Of a DNA stretch of 64,000 bases, positions 9,613 to 19,421 are shown in pieces. The translations under genes were made by a program, and so were the position numbers. Source of the DNA: an uncultured Candidatus Saccharibacteria bacterium (GTDB lineage: Bacteria; Patescibacteriota; Saccharimonadia; CAILAD01; JADZBC01); the NCBI GenBank assembly GCA_964436255.1, contig CAYTBW010000003.1:51019-115018 (forward strand). Reading direction: 5' to 3'. Every line of letters begins with the position of its first letter. Position 1 is the stretch's first letter. The notes beneath the pieces are model-generated. The model worked only from the letters and a program-made list of their open reading frames with translations, was not told where the DNA came from and ran no database searches.

Positions 9613-10929
9613 ATGAATAGTACAGTGCTACGACAAATGTATCGAAACAAAGAGTTGCGCAAGCGGCTCGGCGTCGTCGCGCTCGTACTATTTGTGTACG
9701 CTTGTATCTCGAATGTGCCTGTTCCGGTCCCGGACACCGTAAAGCTTCAGAGCTTTTTGCTTCGACTCTTCCAGTCGAATCCACTCCTAGGCTTCGCTAA
9801 TTTATTCTCAGGTGGCGCCATGACGAACTTCTCAATCATCCTCATGGGGCTCGGGCCTTACATTAACGCCTCTATCATTATGCAGCTATTGACTCAGGTA
9901 GTACCTAAACTTGAGGCTCTGAGTAAAGAAGGTGAATCAGGCCGCAATAAGATCAACTACTATACAAGGCTCCTGACAGTTCCTTTGGCACTCATTCAGT
10001 CAGTTGCAATGATATTCTTCGTACAAACTACTTCAAAGCAGATATCGGGCGTTGATCTGATCGGCAAGCCTTCGCCATTCCAGTGGGCACTTATGGTCGC
10101 CACGATAACCGCGGGGAGTATGCTTCTGATGTGGCTCGGCGAGATTATCACTGACAGAGGTATCGGCAATGGTATATCAATACTGATTGTTGCGGGTATC
10201 GTGGCTTCCTTGCCCTCTACAATCTCTCAGCAGGCAGCTTTATTGCAGGCCGACCCTTCGAAGATTGTAAGTATTGTAGCTATAGTCGTTATGTTCTTGC
10301 TTACGATCGTTGGTGTGGTGTACATCAACGAAGGTCAGCGCAATATACCTGTTTCGTACGCCAGGCGTACAAGTGCAAACGCAGCTTATGGCTCGGTAGA
10401 TACTCATCTTCCGCTTAAGGTAATTATTGCCGGCGTGGTGCCAATCATATTCTCTTTAGCTTTCTTGCAGGTGCCTGCATTTATTGGGCAGATATTCAGT
10501 AATGCAAAAACCGACTGGGTGGCTAGCTTCGCTCAGACACTCTCTAAGGTATTTGCTCCAACCAGTTGGGTATATGCTGCAACCTACTTTGTCCTCGTAG
10601 TCGCCTTTACCTATTTCTACACCTCGATTATATTTAAACCGACTGACATTGCCGAGAATCTACAGAAGCAGGGCGGGTTTATACCTGGTATACGGCCAGG
10701 TAAGGAAACCGCAACCTATCTCAAGAGAGTGGTGAACCGAATTACCCTCTTCGGCGCTCTGGCGCTCGGTACACTGGCTATCCTACCGTTTATACTCGAG
10801 GCAGTATTGAAAACGTCAGCCTCGCTCGCGATCGGTGGTACGAGCCTATTGATTATCGTTGCAGTGGCGATTGAGACTATGCGCCAAATCGAAGCCAAGG
10901 CGCTGACGGCGACGTATGATCAGTATTAA
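9613..10929 (+). CDS. secY: Preprotein translocase subunit SecY
   Basis: 438 aa, 10 TM, SecY-like. Confidence 0.95.
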   Translation: MNSTVLRQMYRNKELRKRLGVVALVLFVYACISNVPVPVPDTVKLQSFLLRLFQSNPLLGFANLFSGGAMTNFSIILMGLGPYINASIIMQLLTQVVPKLEALSKEGESGRNKINYYTRLLTVPLALIQSVAMIFFVQTTSKQISGVDLIGKPSPFQWALMVATITAGSMLLMWLGEIITDRGIGNGISILIVAGIVASLPSTISQQAALLQADPSKIVSIVAIVVMFLLTIVGVVYINEGQRNIPVSYARRTSANAAYGSVDTHLPLKVIIAGVVPIIFSLAFLQVPAFIGQIFSNAKTDWVASFAQTLSKVFAPTSWVYAATYFVLVVAFTYFYTSIIFKPTDIAENLQKQGGFIPGIRPGKETATYLKRVVNRITLFGALALGTLAILPFILEAVLKTSASLAIGGTSLLIIVAVAIETMRQIEAKALTATYDQY

Positions 10930-10952
10930 TCAACTTTAACCTGGAAAACCCT

Positions 10953-10980
10953 TTACAATGACACACGGAACCTATATAAT
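10953..10980 (+). promoter_or_regulatory. Internal sigma70-like promoter TTTACA-16-TATAAT ahead of infA
   Basis: ctttacaatgacacacggaacctatataat. Confidence 0.5.
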
Positions 10981-11002
10981 AACAACTTGTAGCGCGTAAT
11001 CT

Positions 11003-11224
11003 ATGGCAAATACAAAGGAAGTAATTGAAATTGACGGGACCGTGCTCGAGTCTCTACCGAATGCCATGTTTAAGGTAGAACTAGAGAACGGCCATACCAT
11101 CTTAGCCCACATATCAGGCAAGATGCGCATGCACTATATCAAAATTCTTCCAGGCGACAAGGTTACCGTTGAAATGACCCCATACGATCTTAGTAAGGGG
11201 CGAATAACATATCGCCATAAGTAA
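11003..11224 (+). CDS. infA: Translation initiation factor IF-1
   Basis: 73-aa S1-like OB fold, …[22 protein letters not shown]…. Confidence 0.95.
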   Translation: MANTKEVIEIDGTVLESLPNAMFKVELENGHTILAHISGKMRMHYIKILPGDKVTVEMTPYDLSKGRITYRHK

Positions 11225-11242
11225 CGCAGTAAGGGTAATTGT

Positions 11243-11356
11243 ATGAAAGTTCGAGCCGGAGTTAAGAAAATGTGTTCCAAGTGCAAAGTCGTAGTACGCA
11301 AGCGCGTAGTGCGGGTTATTTGTGAAAATCCTAAACATAAGCAGAGGCAAGGCTAG
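11243..11356 (+). CDS. rpmJ: 50S ribosomal protein L36 (37 aa; below the ORF-track size cutoff)
   Basis: [37 protein letters not shown] with the C-x2-C…C-x-H zinc ribbon. Its stop abuts the rpsM ATG. Confidence 0.9.
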   Translation: MKVRAGVKKMCSKCKVVVRKRVVRVICENPKHKQRQG

Positions 11357-11743
11357 ATGGCACGTATTGCAGGTACGAACGTTCCAAATGAAAAACGAGC
11401 AGAAGTAGGCTTGACCTACATATTTGGCGTTGGTCTTACAACGAGCCAAAAGATGCTTGCCGAACTTAAGATCGACCCAAGCACTAGAATTAAAGATATC
11501 TCCGAATCAGATCTCGTAAAGATTCGTGAATACATTGATAAGAACCTGCAAGTTGAGGCAGATCTTTCACGCCAAGTAAGCCTAAACATCAAGCGACTCA
11601 AAGAGATTAAGTCGTACCGTGGAGTGCGCCATGGAGCAAACTTGCCAGTACGTGGCCAGCGCACCAAGACTAACGCCCGAACCAAGCGTGGTCGCCGCGT
11701 AACAGTGGGTAGCGGACGTAAAAAAGCAGCAGCAAAGACATAG
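11357..11743 (+). CDS. rpsM: 30S ribosomal protein S13
   Basis: MARIAGTNVPNEKRAEVGLTYIFG…. Confidence 0.95.
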   Translation: MARIAGTNVPNEKRAEVGLTYIFGVGLTTSQKMLAELKIDPSTRIKDISESDLVKIREYIDKNLQVEADLSRQVSLNIKRLKEIKSYRGVRHGANLPVRGQRTKTNARTKRGRRVTVGSGRKKAAAKT

Positions 11744-11761
11744 GATAAACGGAATATAATA

Positions 11762-12154
11762 ATGGCAAAAGCAGCAACCAAACCAAAACGACGAAAGATT
11801 AAGCGCAGCCTACCTAAGGGCCAGGTGCACATTAAGTCTACGTTTAATAACACGATTATCTCTGTAACGGACGATAAGGGTAATGTAGTGAGCTGGGGAA
11901 CAGCCGGTCTTGCCGGTTTCAAGGGCTCACGCAAGAGTACTCCTTATGCTGCTCAGCTGGCATCAGAAAAGGCCATCAATACAGCTAAAGACTTTGGTCT
12001 AGCTAAGGTCGATGTATTCGTAAAAGGAATTGGTAGTGGTCGCGAGTCTGCTATCCGCGCACTTCAGGCTTCAGGCGTAGCTATTGCCAGCATCACCGAC
12101 GTCACGGGCGTTCCGCATAATGGCTGCAGGCCAAGAAAGGCAAGAAGGGTCTAG
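11762..12154 (+). CDS. rpsK: 30S ribosomal protein S11
   Basis: S11-like 130 aa. Confidence 0.95.
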   Translation: MAKAATKPKRRKIKRSLPKGQVHIKSTFNNTIISVTDDKGNVVSWGTAGLAGFKGSRKSTPYAAQLASEKAINTAKDFGLAKVDVFVKGIGSGRESAIRALQASGVAIASITDVTGVPHNGCRPRKARRV

Positions 12155-12156
12155 AT

Positions 12157-12768
12157 ATGGCAAGAAATATTGGACCAATCGCTAAATTGTCACGTCGAGA
12201 GGGCGTAGAGCTTCATCCGAAGGCTGCAAAGGCTCTTGCTCGTCGTAACTACATCCCTGGCCAGCACGGTCAGTCAAGGCGTTCTAAGCCTAGTGATTAC
12301 TCTGTTCAGCTGCGTGAAAAACAAAAAGTTAAGCGCATGTACGGAATCCTTGAAAAGCAGTTCCGCATTTACGTTGCTCGAGCAGAACGCATGGATGGCG
12401 TTACAGGTGAAAACCTATTAGCTCTTTTAGAGCGAAGGCTCGACAACGTTTGTTACCGGCTTGGATTTGCTCCATCAAGGCAAGCTGCTCGTCAGATGGT
12501 GGCACATGCTCATATCACCCTGAACGGCAAGAAGGTGGACATTCCATCTATCACCGTCAAGCCTGGCGATGAGATAGCGGTTCGGGCTTCAAGCCTAAAG
12601 AAACCATTATTCGTAGCCCTAGATGGCAACCTGGCTGAAGCTAGCTCGGTAAGCTGGCTAAGCTTGAACGCCAAGAAGCTGTCAGCTAAGGTCACAAGCC
12701 TGCCGCTGCGAAGTGAGTTGGATCAGGATATTCAAGAGCAGTTAATCATTGAGTTCTACTCAAGGTAA
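12157..12768 (+). CDS. rpsD: 30S ribosomal protein S4
   Basis: S4-like 203 aa. Confidence 0.95.
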   Translation: MARNIGPIAKLSRREGVELHPKAAKALARRNYIPGQHGQSRRSKPSDYSVQLREKQKVKRMYGILEKQFRIYVARAERMDGVTGENLLALLERRLDNVCYRLGFAPSRQAARQMVAHAHITLNGKKVDIPSITVKPGDEIAVRASSLKKPLFVALDGNLAEASSVSWLSLNAKKLSAKVTSLPLRSELDQDIQEQLIIEFYSR

Positions 12769-12788
12769 TTAAAGTAAGGAGTTATACG

Positions 12789-13727
12789 GTGCTAATCGAC
12801 ATCAATCTACCAGAACTAAAAGAAATTTCAACAGAAGGGAACATGGCTACCTTTACGATCGAGCCATTGCACCCAGGCTACGGTATGACCCTAGGTAATT
12901 CTATGCGAAGAGTTTTGCTTTCTTCGTTGGCCGGAGCTGCCGTTACCGCTGTAAAGATTGACGGCGTCAGTCACGAGTTTTCAGCCCTAAAGGGTGTTAG
13001 CGAGGACATGATCGAGGTTATCCTGAACCTCAAGCAACTGCGATTACGCTATGCCGGTGACGAGCCAGTGCACTTAACGCTAAGCAAAACGGGCTCAGGC
13101 CCAGTTACCGCTGGAGACATCAAGACTGATAGCGAAGTCGAGGTGGTAAATAAGAGCCTCGTTATCGCCCACCTAGACGGCGCGAAGGCAAAGATTGAAA
13201 TGGAAATCAGAGTCGAACAGGGACGCGGTTATGTGCCAGTAGAGAACCGCCCAGGCGAGAAGCTTCCTGTAGGGATGATTGCTGTTGACGCCCTATATAC
13301 TCCTATCAAGCGCGTAAGGTATAGCGTTGAGAATACTCGTGTTGGACAGATGACCGATCTAGACAAACTCGTACTAGAAGTCGAGACTGACGGCACCATT
13401 ACTCCTAAGGATGCGGTCACTCAGGCAGCAGAGATTCTTGTAGGTCACTTCCAGGTGATTGCTGGTCACAACGTAGTAAGCGTTGGTGCAGACGGAATCG
13501 TTACTGCTGATGCTCGCGAACAGGCGAATCTAGCAACAGTACTGATTGATGAAGTAAACTTCAGCCCACGTACTACGAACGCCTTACTTAACAACGACAT
13601 TAAGACAATCAAGGATCTAAGCGAATTGACCGACGCTGAACTCAAAGAGCTCAAAGGTTTTGGCCAGAAAGCTTATGAAGAAGTTGTCGCTAAGCTCGAT
13701 GAGCTTGGAATTAAACAGGAAGATTAA
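12789..13727 (+). CDS. rpoA: DNA-directed RNA polymerase subunit alpha. The true start is possibly the internal ATG at 12843.
   Basis: NTD and CTD recognisable in 312 aa. Confidence 0.9.
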   Translation: MLIDINLPELKEISTEGNMATFTIEPLHPGYGMTLGNSMRRVLLSSLAGAAVTAVKIDGVSHEFSALKGVSEDMIEVILNLKQLRLRYAGDEPVHLTLSKTGSGPVTAGDIKTDSEVEVVNKSLVIAHLDGAKAKIEMEIRVEQGRGYVPVENRPGEKLPVGMIAVDALYTPIKRVRYSVENTRVGQMTDLDKLVLEVETDGTITPKDAVTQAAEILVGHFQVIAGHNVVSVGADGIVTADAREQANLATVLIDEVNFSPRTTNALLNNDIKTIKDLSELTDAELKELKGFGQKAYEEVVAKLDELGIKQED

Positions 13728-13739
13728 AGGAGAGATTCA

Positions 13740-14186
13740 ATGCATCGCCACGCATATAACCAGCGCAAATTGTCCCTAGCAGCCGGCCCACGTCGTGCGC
13801 TTGTGCGTGGTTTGATTGACTCACTTATCTTGTATGAGCGAATTGAAACCACCGAAGCTAAGGCAAAGACAATCGCACCTAAGTTCGAACAGCTCGTTAC
13901 GAAAGCAAAAAAGGGAGACCTCCACAATTATCGACAGATTATGAGTGTAACTTTGTCTCCAGTTGCTGCGCAGAAATTGCGTTATGAACTGGCCGACAAA
14001 TTTCAGAGCCGCCAAGGTGGCTACACCCGCATTATTAAGACCGGTGCCCGACGTGGCGACGGTGCTTCGATGGCGGTAGTAGAGCTCGTGCTCGACGAGC
14101 CAAAGTCACCGGCCGCTACTAAGAAGCAAGAATCTGCAGAAGAAGTTAAAAAACCAGTGGCTGAAAAGTCAGGAGCAAAGAAATGA
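13740..14186 (+). CDS. rplQ: 50S ribosomal protein L17
   Basis: L17-like with C-terminal Lys/Ala tail. Confidence 0.9.
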   Translation: MHRHAYNQRKLSLAAGPRRALVRGLIDSLILYERIETTEAKAKTIAPKFEQLVTKAKKGDLHNYRQIMSVTLSPVAAQKLRYELADKFQSRQGGYTRIIKTGARRGDGASMAVVELVLDEPKSPAATKKQESAEEVKKPVAEKSGAKK

Positions 14187-14617
14187 AGACATTTAGCTTA
14201 AAACCTCAGGACGCAAAACAGGGCTGGGTAGAGATTGACGCAGCCGGAAAGACTCTTGGCAGACTATCTACTGAAGTCGCAACTCGATTGATGGGAAAGA
14301 ACAAGCCAGAGTATACCGCGCACGTTGTTTGTGGCGACAAGGTTATCGTTACCAACTGTGTTCAAATCAAAGTAACCGGCAACAAGCTAACGGATAAAAT
14401 GTATTACTCACATAGTGGCTATCCTGGCGGAATTAAGGAGATTGCCCTCAAGGATCTTCTAATAAAAGACCCTACACTCGTCATACGCCACTCTGTTAAG
14501 GGTATGCTACCGAAGAACAAGCTAGCTGCAGATATGCTAAAGAACTTGAAGCTGTATGCAGGCTCTGAACATGGCCACGCGGCGCAGGCAGGATCAATAA
14601 CTAAGGTGGAAGTATAA
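14183..14617 (+). CDS. rplM: 50S ribosomal protein L13
   Basis: L13-like 144 aa. Confidence 0.9.
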   Translation: MKTFSLKPQDAKQGWVEIDAAGKTLGRLSTEVATRLMGKNKPEYTAHVVCGDKVIVTNCVQIKVTGNKLTDKMYYSHSGYPGGIKEIALKDLLIKDPTLVIRHSVKGMLPKNKLAADMLKNLKLYAGSEHGHAAQAGSITKVEV

Positions 14618-14618
14618 T

Positions 14619-15035
14619 ATGGCAACTGAAACAACAACCAAGAAGCAAGCACACTATTATCCTGGTGTTGGCCGACGTAAGGCTGCCGTGGCAACAGCAC
14701 GACTTGAAGCTGGTAAGGGTAAGATCACCGTTAATGGTAAATCACTCGAAGAATACGCAAACAACGCCACATTGGCAGCGATTATCACTCAACCACTCGA
14801 GTTAGTTGGTAAGCAGAAAGAATCAGATGTGAACGTGCGCGTAAGCGGCGGCGGTAAGACCGGACAGGTCGAGGCAATCCGTTTGGCAATTGCACGCGCA
14901 CTGAACAGTATGAGTGATGACTTTCACGTTTCTCTACGCAAGGCAGGATTCTTGACACGAGATGCCCGCAAGAAAGAGCGCAAAAAGTACGGACTCAAGA
15001 AGGCTCGTAAGGCGCCGCAGTTTAGTAAGCGTTAA
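14619..15035 (+). CDS. rpsI: 30S ribosomal protein S9
   Basis: …GGGKTGQVEAIRLAIARAL… …KYGLKKARKAPQFSKR. Confidence 0.95.
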   Translation: MATETTTKKQAHYYPGVGRRKAAVATARLEAGKGKITVNGKSLEEYANNATLAAIITQPLELVGKQKESDVNVRVSGGGKTGQVEAIRLAIARALNSMSDDFHVSLRKAGFLTRDARKKERKKYGLKKARKAPQFSKR

Positions 15036-15058
15036 GCACTACGGGGCATATCTCCATG

Positions 15059-15090
15059 CACAATACGAGGCTTTATGGCCTCGTATTGTG
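15059..15090 (+). terminator. Perfect 13-bp hairpin (cacaatacgaggc/gcctcgtattgtg) 24 nt after the rpsI stop with a weak U-tract. Probable operon terminator or processing site.
   Basis: Inverted repeat read directly from the sequence. Confidence 0.45.
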
Positions 15091-15186
15091 TTAAGGGTAA
15101 GCAGCTGGAAGAGTGGTGTCGGGGTGCAACGGAATGTATACTTAAACGTAAGTTGAACAAATTAGCCAAAGGGGAGAATAGCTAGA

Positions 15187-16095
15187 GTGACGATAATTGA
15201 CGAAAGCATGGTAGGACAGCGCCTTGATAGTACCTTGGCCCAAAGTCATGTGGACTATTCCAGACAAGATTGGCATAATTACATCTCGCTAGGTCTCGTC
15301 ACTATCAACGGAAGGGCCGTGAAGCCAGCGTACAGAGTCCAGTTAGGGGATGAGCTGTCCGTAGTGGAGGTAGAAGGTCATGTGGCAAAAAACGCCGTAG
15401 AGCAGCCTCCTGCGGCATATCGCGGACCAGATATACCGGTCGTGTACGAGGATGGCAACATCATCGTTATTAGTAAACCGGCGGGCGTCGTTGCGCATGG
15501 AGGTGACGGTGTGCCATATGAAGATTCTGTCGCAGCTTGCTTTGCGGACAGGATCGAGCAAGATGGCTCACAGAGGGCCGGTATTGTTCATAGACTTGAT
15601 AAGGATACGTCGGGCGTCATGGTATTGGCTCGTACTCTGGCTGCCAGTGAAGATCTTAAGGACCAGTTTAAATCACGAAGCGTAGATAAGTCTTATACGG
15701 CTCTCGTTTGGGGCTGCATGCAGCAGTCAACCGCTAGGGTCGAGCTGCCGCTTGCAAGACATCATTCAATTCCTACTCAGATGTCCGTATCCCCCGATGG
15801 CAAGATGGCCGTTACCGAATATAGTGTAGAGAAGGAGTATAGAGATTACTCACTGCTAGACATACGGCTCCTGACGGGAAGGATGCATCAGATTCGTGTC
15901 CACATGAATTATTTAGGCAACCCTGTCGTCGGGGATGCTACTTATGGCCGTCGGCCTGTACCTGAGGGCCTATCTAGGCAGTTTTTGCACGCGCGACGTA
16001 TAAGCTTTAAGGTTCCCGGCGGGGCACTAGAAAGTTTTGAGGCGCCGCTTCCAGCCGACCTAAAGGCCTTCCTGGAGGGGCTTGAACGTGCTTGA
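15187..16095 (+). CDS. RluA-family (RluD-like) 23S rRNA pseudouridine synthase
   Basis: N-terminal S4-like domain and catalytic HRLDKDTSGVMVLART motif. Confidence 0.85.
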   Translation: MTIIDESMVGQRLDSTLAQSHVDYSRQDWHNYISLGLVTINGRAVKPAYRVQLGDELSVVEVEGHVAKNAVEQPPAAYRGPDIPVVYEDGNIIVISKPAGVVAHGGDGVPYEDSVAACFADRIEQDGSQRAGIVHRLDKDTSGVMVLARTLAASEDLKDQFKSRSVDKSYTALVWGCMQQSTARVELPLARHHSIPTQMSVSPDGKMAVTEYSVEKEYRDYSLLDIRLLTGRMHQIRVHMNYLGNPVVGDATYGRRPVPEGLSRQFLHARRISFKVPGGALESFEAPLPADLKAFLEGLERA

Positions 16096-16864
16096 GTACA
16101 TTGCACATCCATCTACGAGGTCACAGCTAGAGGCCATTGCCCTCAATCCAAGTCATGCCTACGTTTTTAGTGGACCAAAGTATGTATATAAGCAGCGCGC
16201 GGCAGAGGAAATCGCTTTAAGCTTAGCCGGTGCCAAGAGCATTGATGACCCTAATATTGTTGTTGTCTCAGCCGACGAGGATGGGGGGAGGCTAAAAATA
16301 TCGCATATTAAGGCTGCGCTCGACCAGCTGGTTCGGACTGCTTATCGCGAAACAGCCCACCGAGTGGTGCTTGTAGCTGCTGCCGAAGCAATGACCCCAG
16401 ATGCGTCCAACGCGCTTCTAAAGAATTTAGAAGAACCTCGTGACGGAGTTGTATTTATACTCGTTACAAACGCAGCTCATGCCTTACTGCCGACAATCCG
16501 ATCGCGAACTCAACAGATCAATTTCTACGCTGGTAGCTTGGACCAAGGAGGTTTACCACCACGCTTGAGTGAAGAGCTTAAGAGCTCTCCCGAACTTGCC
16601 GAACGCCATGCTGGGGCTCGCACTATGGCGGATGACTTTATAAAGGGCGACATTAGTAGCCGCTTCTTGATTGCTAAACAAACTCACGAGATCGGCCTTT
16701 CTGTGGATCTACTTGGATATATTGCTGATGCATTAAGGGCCGAGGGCATTACTTCTGCCACAGAGGCTTCACTGGAAGCTGTCATCCGAGCTGAGGACAA
16801 TCTAGCGCGCAATGTGAGTGACAGGCTTTGTATTGAGTATCTGGGGATGGAGATGGCCTTATGA
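16082..16864 (+). CDS. holB: DNA polymerase III delta' (clamp-loader) subunit-like with degenerate Walker A
   Basis: …LLKNLEEP… and …SRTQ… clamp-loader motifs. The gene overlaps the previous gene. Confidence 0.55.
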   Translation: MNVLEYIAHPSTRSQLEAIALNPSHAYVFSGPKYVYKQRAAEEIALSLAGAKSIDDPNIVVVSADEDGGRLKISHIKAALDQLVRTAYRETAHRVVLVAAAEAMTPDASNALLKNLEEPRDGVVFILVTNAAHALLPTIRSRTQQINFYAGSLDQGGLPPRLSEELKSSPELAERHAGARTMADDFIKGDISSRFLIAKQTHEIGLSVDLLGYIADALRAEGITSATEASLEAVIRAEDNLARNVSDRLCIEYLGMEMAL

Positions 16865-17541
16865 TTGCCGAGCTCGCACTAGTTATCATGGCGACGGTAT
16901 TTTGTTGGACTATTATTCGCCGGGGTGACTCACTTACGAATTCATCCATTACGGGCTTCATGACAGGGAAGCCAATGAGTCATGATGAGCGAGTCGCGAG
17001 GTTGATTAACTTGGCGGACCGCTATTATAGCGAACATAAATACATACCCGCCGAGAGGGCGTATCTGCGAATTTTACGCTTAGATCACCGTAATACACAC
17101 GCCTATAACAGGCTCGGCTTTATTTACACACAGCTCAACAATGCCCCGGACGCATTGGAATGCTTCAAGATCGTAGCAGACCAAAAGCCAAGTGCGGCCC
17201 ACTATCACAACTACGCCATGGCACTGTTCAAGAACCGCGAGTTCAGGCAAGCTGCAGATGTTTTAATCAAAGCAAATGGAATAGAAAAGACGCAAACTAG
17301 ACTCATAAGCTTAGCGCGTATTTATCGTATCCTTGGCGAATACGATAAGCAGGCGGCTACTTTGGAAGAGGCTTTGGAGCTGCAGGGCGGAGATAGTATC
17401 GAGATCCTGCACTTACTTGCGGAGACGCACTTGCACAACAAAGACCTCGTTGCTGCAAAGGCTGTATTTAAGAGGATTCTAAAGCTTGAGCCTGACAACA
17501 TGAGGGCTAGGCAGGTGTTAAGCCAACCCGCCCAATCTTGA
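16861..17541 (+). CDS. TPR-repeat protein
   Basis: Tandem TPR-like Y/A/L periodicity. Confidence 0.6.
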   Translation: MIAELALVIMATVFCWTIIRRGDSLTNSSITGFMTGKPMSHDERVARLINLADRYYSEHKYIPAERAYLRILRLDHRNTHAYNRLGFIYTQLNNAPDALECFKIVADQKPSAAHYHNYAMALFKNREFRQAADVLIKANGIEKTQTRLISLARIYRILGEYDKQAATLEEALELQGGDSIEILHLLAETHLHNKDLVAAKAVFKRILKLEPDNMRARQVLSQPAQS

Positions 17542-17608
17542 ACGCTAAGCATAAAAATGCTAAACTGAAGCCTGCATTTAGGCTTAACTTGTTTCGTGAG
17601 TTCTTTAT

Positions 17609-17682
17609 GCCCCTATAGCTCAATGGTAGAGCAGCGGTTTTGTAAACCGTCGATGCGGGTTCGATTCCCTCTAGGGGCTCCA
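17609..17682 (+). tRNA. tRNA-Thr, anticodon most likely TGT
   Basis: Cloverleaf with acceptor GCCCCTA/TAGGGGC, T-loop TTCGATT, encoded CCA, and anticodon loop tttGTaa. The spurious ORF 17596-17820 covers the tRNA cluster. Confidence 0.7.
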
Positions 17683-17693
17683 GTTAGTAACTC

Positions 17694-17779
17694 GCAGGGG
17701 TACCGAAGTGGCCAACCGGGGCAGACTGTAAATCTGCTGACATTCGTCTTCGGGGGTTCGAATCCCTCCCCCTGCACCA
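17694..17779 (+). tRNA. tRNA-Tyr(GTA), class II with long variable arm
   Basis: Acceptor GCAGGGG/CCCCTGC, anticodon arm gcaga-ctGTAaa-tctgc, encoded CCA. Confidence 0.8.
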
Positions 17780-17799
17780 TGTATTATCTAAGCCCGTTT

Positions 17800-17874
<75 letters not shown>

Positions 17875-17881
17875 TGCAATT

Positions 17882-18082
17882 ATGAAGAAAAAAGAACTTA
17901 CATTATCTAAAGACAAAAAAGCCCTCGGCGTAGCGGGCGGAATTGCTGAATACTTTGATACCGATCCTGCTTGGGTTCGAATTATCGCGCTTATTTTTAT
18001 TGTCGCAACTGGCTTGGTGCCTGGTTTGATTGTGTACTTTATTATTGGTAAGGCCATAATCCCCGAGGGAAAAAAGAAGTGA
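17882..18082 (+). CDS. PspC-domain small membrane protein
   Basis: …[25 protein letters not shown]… is the PspC signature, followed by a TM helix. Confidence 0.6.
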   Translation: MKKKELTLSKDKKALGVAGGIAEYFDTDPAWVRIIALIFIVATGLVPGLIVYFIIGKAIIPEGKKK

Positions 18083-18240
18083 CCGAGCGTAAGCAGCGAA
18101 TCATGGTGGCGCTTGAATGCAGTACTTGTGGCAGCAAGAATTATCGTACGAGTAAGAACCGCGCTAAAGCTGAGCGCCTGGAGCTCAAGAAGTTTTGCCG
18201 CAAGTGTAATAAGCTGACCCTTCACAAAGAGTCTCGCTAG
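18079..18240 (+). CDS. rpmG: 50S ribosomal protein L33 (53 aa; GTG start overlapping the upstream stop; below the ORF-track cutoff)
   Basis: [53 protein letters not shown], with the L33 CxxC…CxxC fold. Confidence 0.85.
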   Translation: MTERKQRIMVALECSTCGSKNYRTSKNRAKAERLELKKFCRKCNKLTLHKESR

Positions 18241-18287
18241 GTATAAAAGCACCTAGTTTTCTGCTAAAATAGGCGAGTTACAAATAA

Positions 18288-18364
18288 AGGGGTGTAGCTC
18301 AGATGGCTAGAGCGTCGGTCTCCAAAACCGAAGGCCGCGGGTTCGATTCCTGCCACCCCTGCCA
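18288..18364 (+). tRNA. tRNA-Trp(CCA)
   Basis: Acceptor AGGGGTG/CACCCCT, anticodon arm tcggt-ctCCAaa-accga, encoded CCA. This is the canonical position upstream of secE-nusG. Confidence 0.85.
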
Positions 18365-18415
18365 AGCAATCATACGCTACCATATAAAGCCCCGAGAGGG
18401 GTTTTATGCTATCAT

Positions 18416-19408
18416 ATGTCATATATAGGAGGGTGTATGACAGGGACAGGAGAATTGGGTCAAGATAAAAAGAGGTTTGTGCCATCGTTAGACCCAGGGA
18501 TATTAGAGACGGACTCAAATGAGGGTAACGAAGGCAAGGCTGAAAAGCTAGGTCATAAGCCGGTAACTACAATTGATGTACGCCGTCATAGCGACTACGA
18601 TGGTGGATTTCCAGATGCAGGTTGGGGTAAGCCTACGGAAGAGGAACAACAAAAACTTGGGCACTTAACCGAGCAAGGCATCGAGAATGCTACTCGCGTA
18701 GCCAGAGAGATAGTCGGCAGGAGGCTTGATGAGTCTGGAGATGATGTTGACTTTTTAGTTATAGCAAGCCCTACCCACTGGCTTGGAGACGAGCAGCTTG
18801 GGCAAAGGGCCATCGAGACAGGAAAGATATACTCAGACGAGATCAAGCGTCAACTTGAAGAAAGAGGCTTGTCGAGTGACCACTTGATCAATACCACTCA
18901 GCCTAAAGCCTTAGAGCACGAGGTCGGCGACGTAAGGGTCGGCAGGAAGATGGTTGAAGCACAGATTTTTGATGACCCCGCGGCACTAGACGTAATTGAT
19001 GAACTCCGTGCTAAATATGGGGGTCAAGGTACGGAGTTTTGGGATGCATGGTATGCCGGCGATGATAGTGAAGCCCTTGATTCTGTAGGAGCCGAGAGCT
19101 CTACTGATGCTGCGGACCGAGCAGACAAAATGATAGAAGCCATTGTTCGCTACGGTAAGATTTATAACACGAAGACGGGCAGGAGCCTAGCAGTAATAGT
19201 CCTAACTCACCATGAAATTTTACAGCCCTATGCGCTACACAAGCTTGGGGTTTCTCAGCAAGAGTTCGTACCCGGTAAAAACGATGGGTTTGAGATAAGA
19301 GTCGAGGATGAAAGGGCAGTTGTATCAATTGCTGGCCACGAGATTGAGCGGACATCAAGACGCGAGAGAAGGTCTGGTGAGAGCCCGGACGTTGCCGAAG
19401 TAGATTAG
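18416..19408 (+). CDS. Histidine-phosphatase-superfamily (phosphoglycerate-mutase/SixA-like) protein, acidic, 330 aa
   Basis: …DVRRHSDYDG… (RHG-type catalytic motif variant) and C-terminal …VIVLTHHEIL…. Confidence 0.45.
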   Translation: MSYIGGCMTGTGELGQDKKRFVPSLDPGILETDSNEGNEGKAEKLGHKPVTTIDVRRHSDYDGGFPDAGWGKPTEEEQQKLGHLTEQGIENATRVAREIVGRRLDESGDDVDFLVIASPTHWLGDEQLGQRAIETGKIYSDEIKRQLEERGLSSDHLINTTQPKALEHEVGDVRVGRKMVEAQIFDDPAALDVIDELRAKYGGQGTEFWDAWYAGDDSEALDSVGAESSTDAADRADKMIEAIVRYGKIYNTKTGRSLAVIVLTHHEILQPYALHKLGVSQQEFVPGKNDGFEIRVEDERAVVSIAGHEIERTSRRERRSGESPDVAEVD

Positions 19409-19421
19409 GTAATCCATCTAT

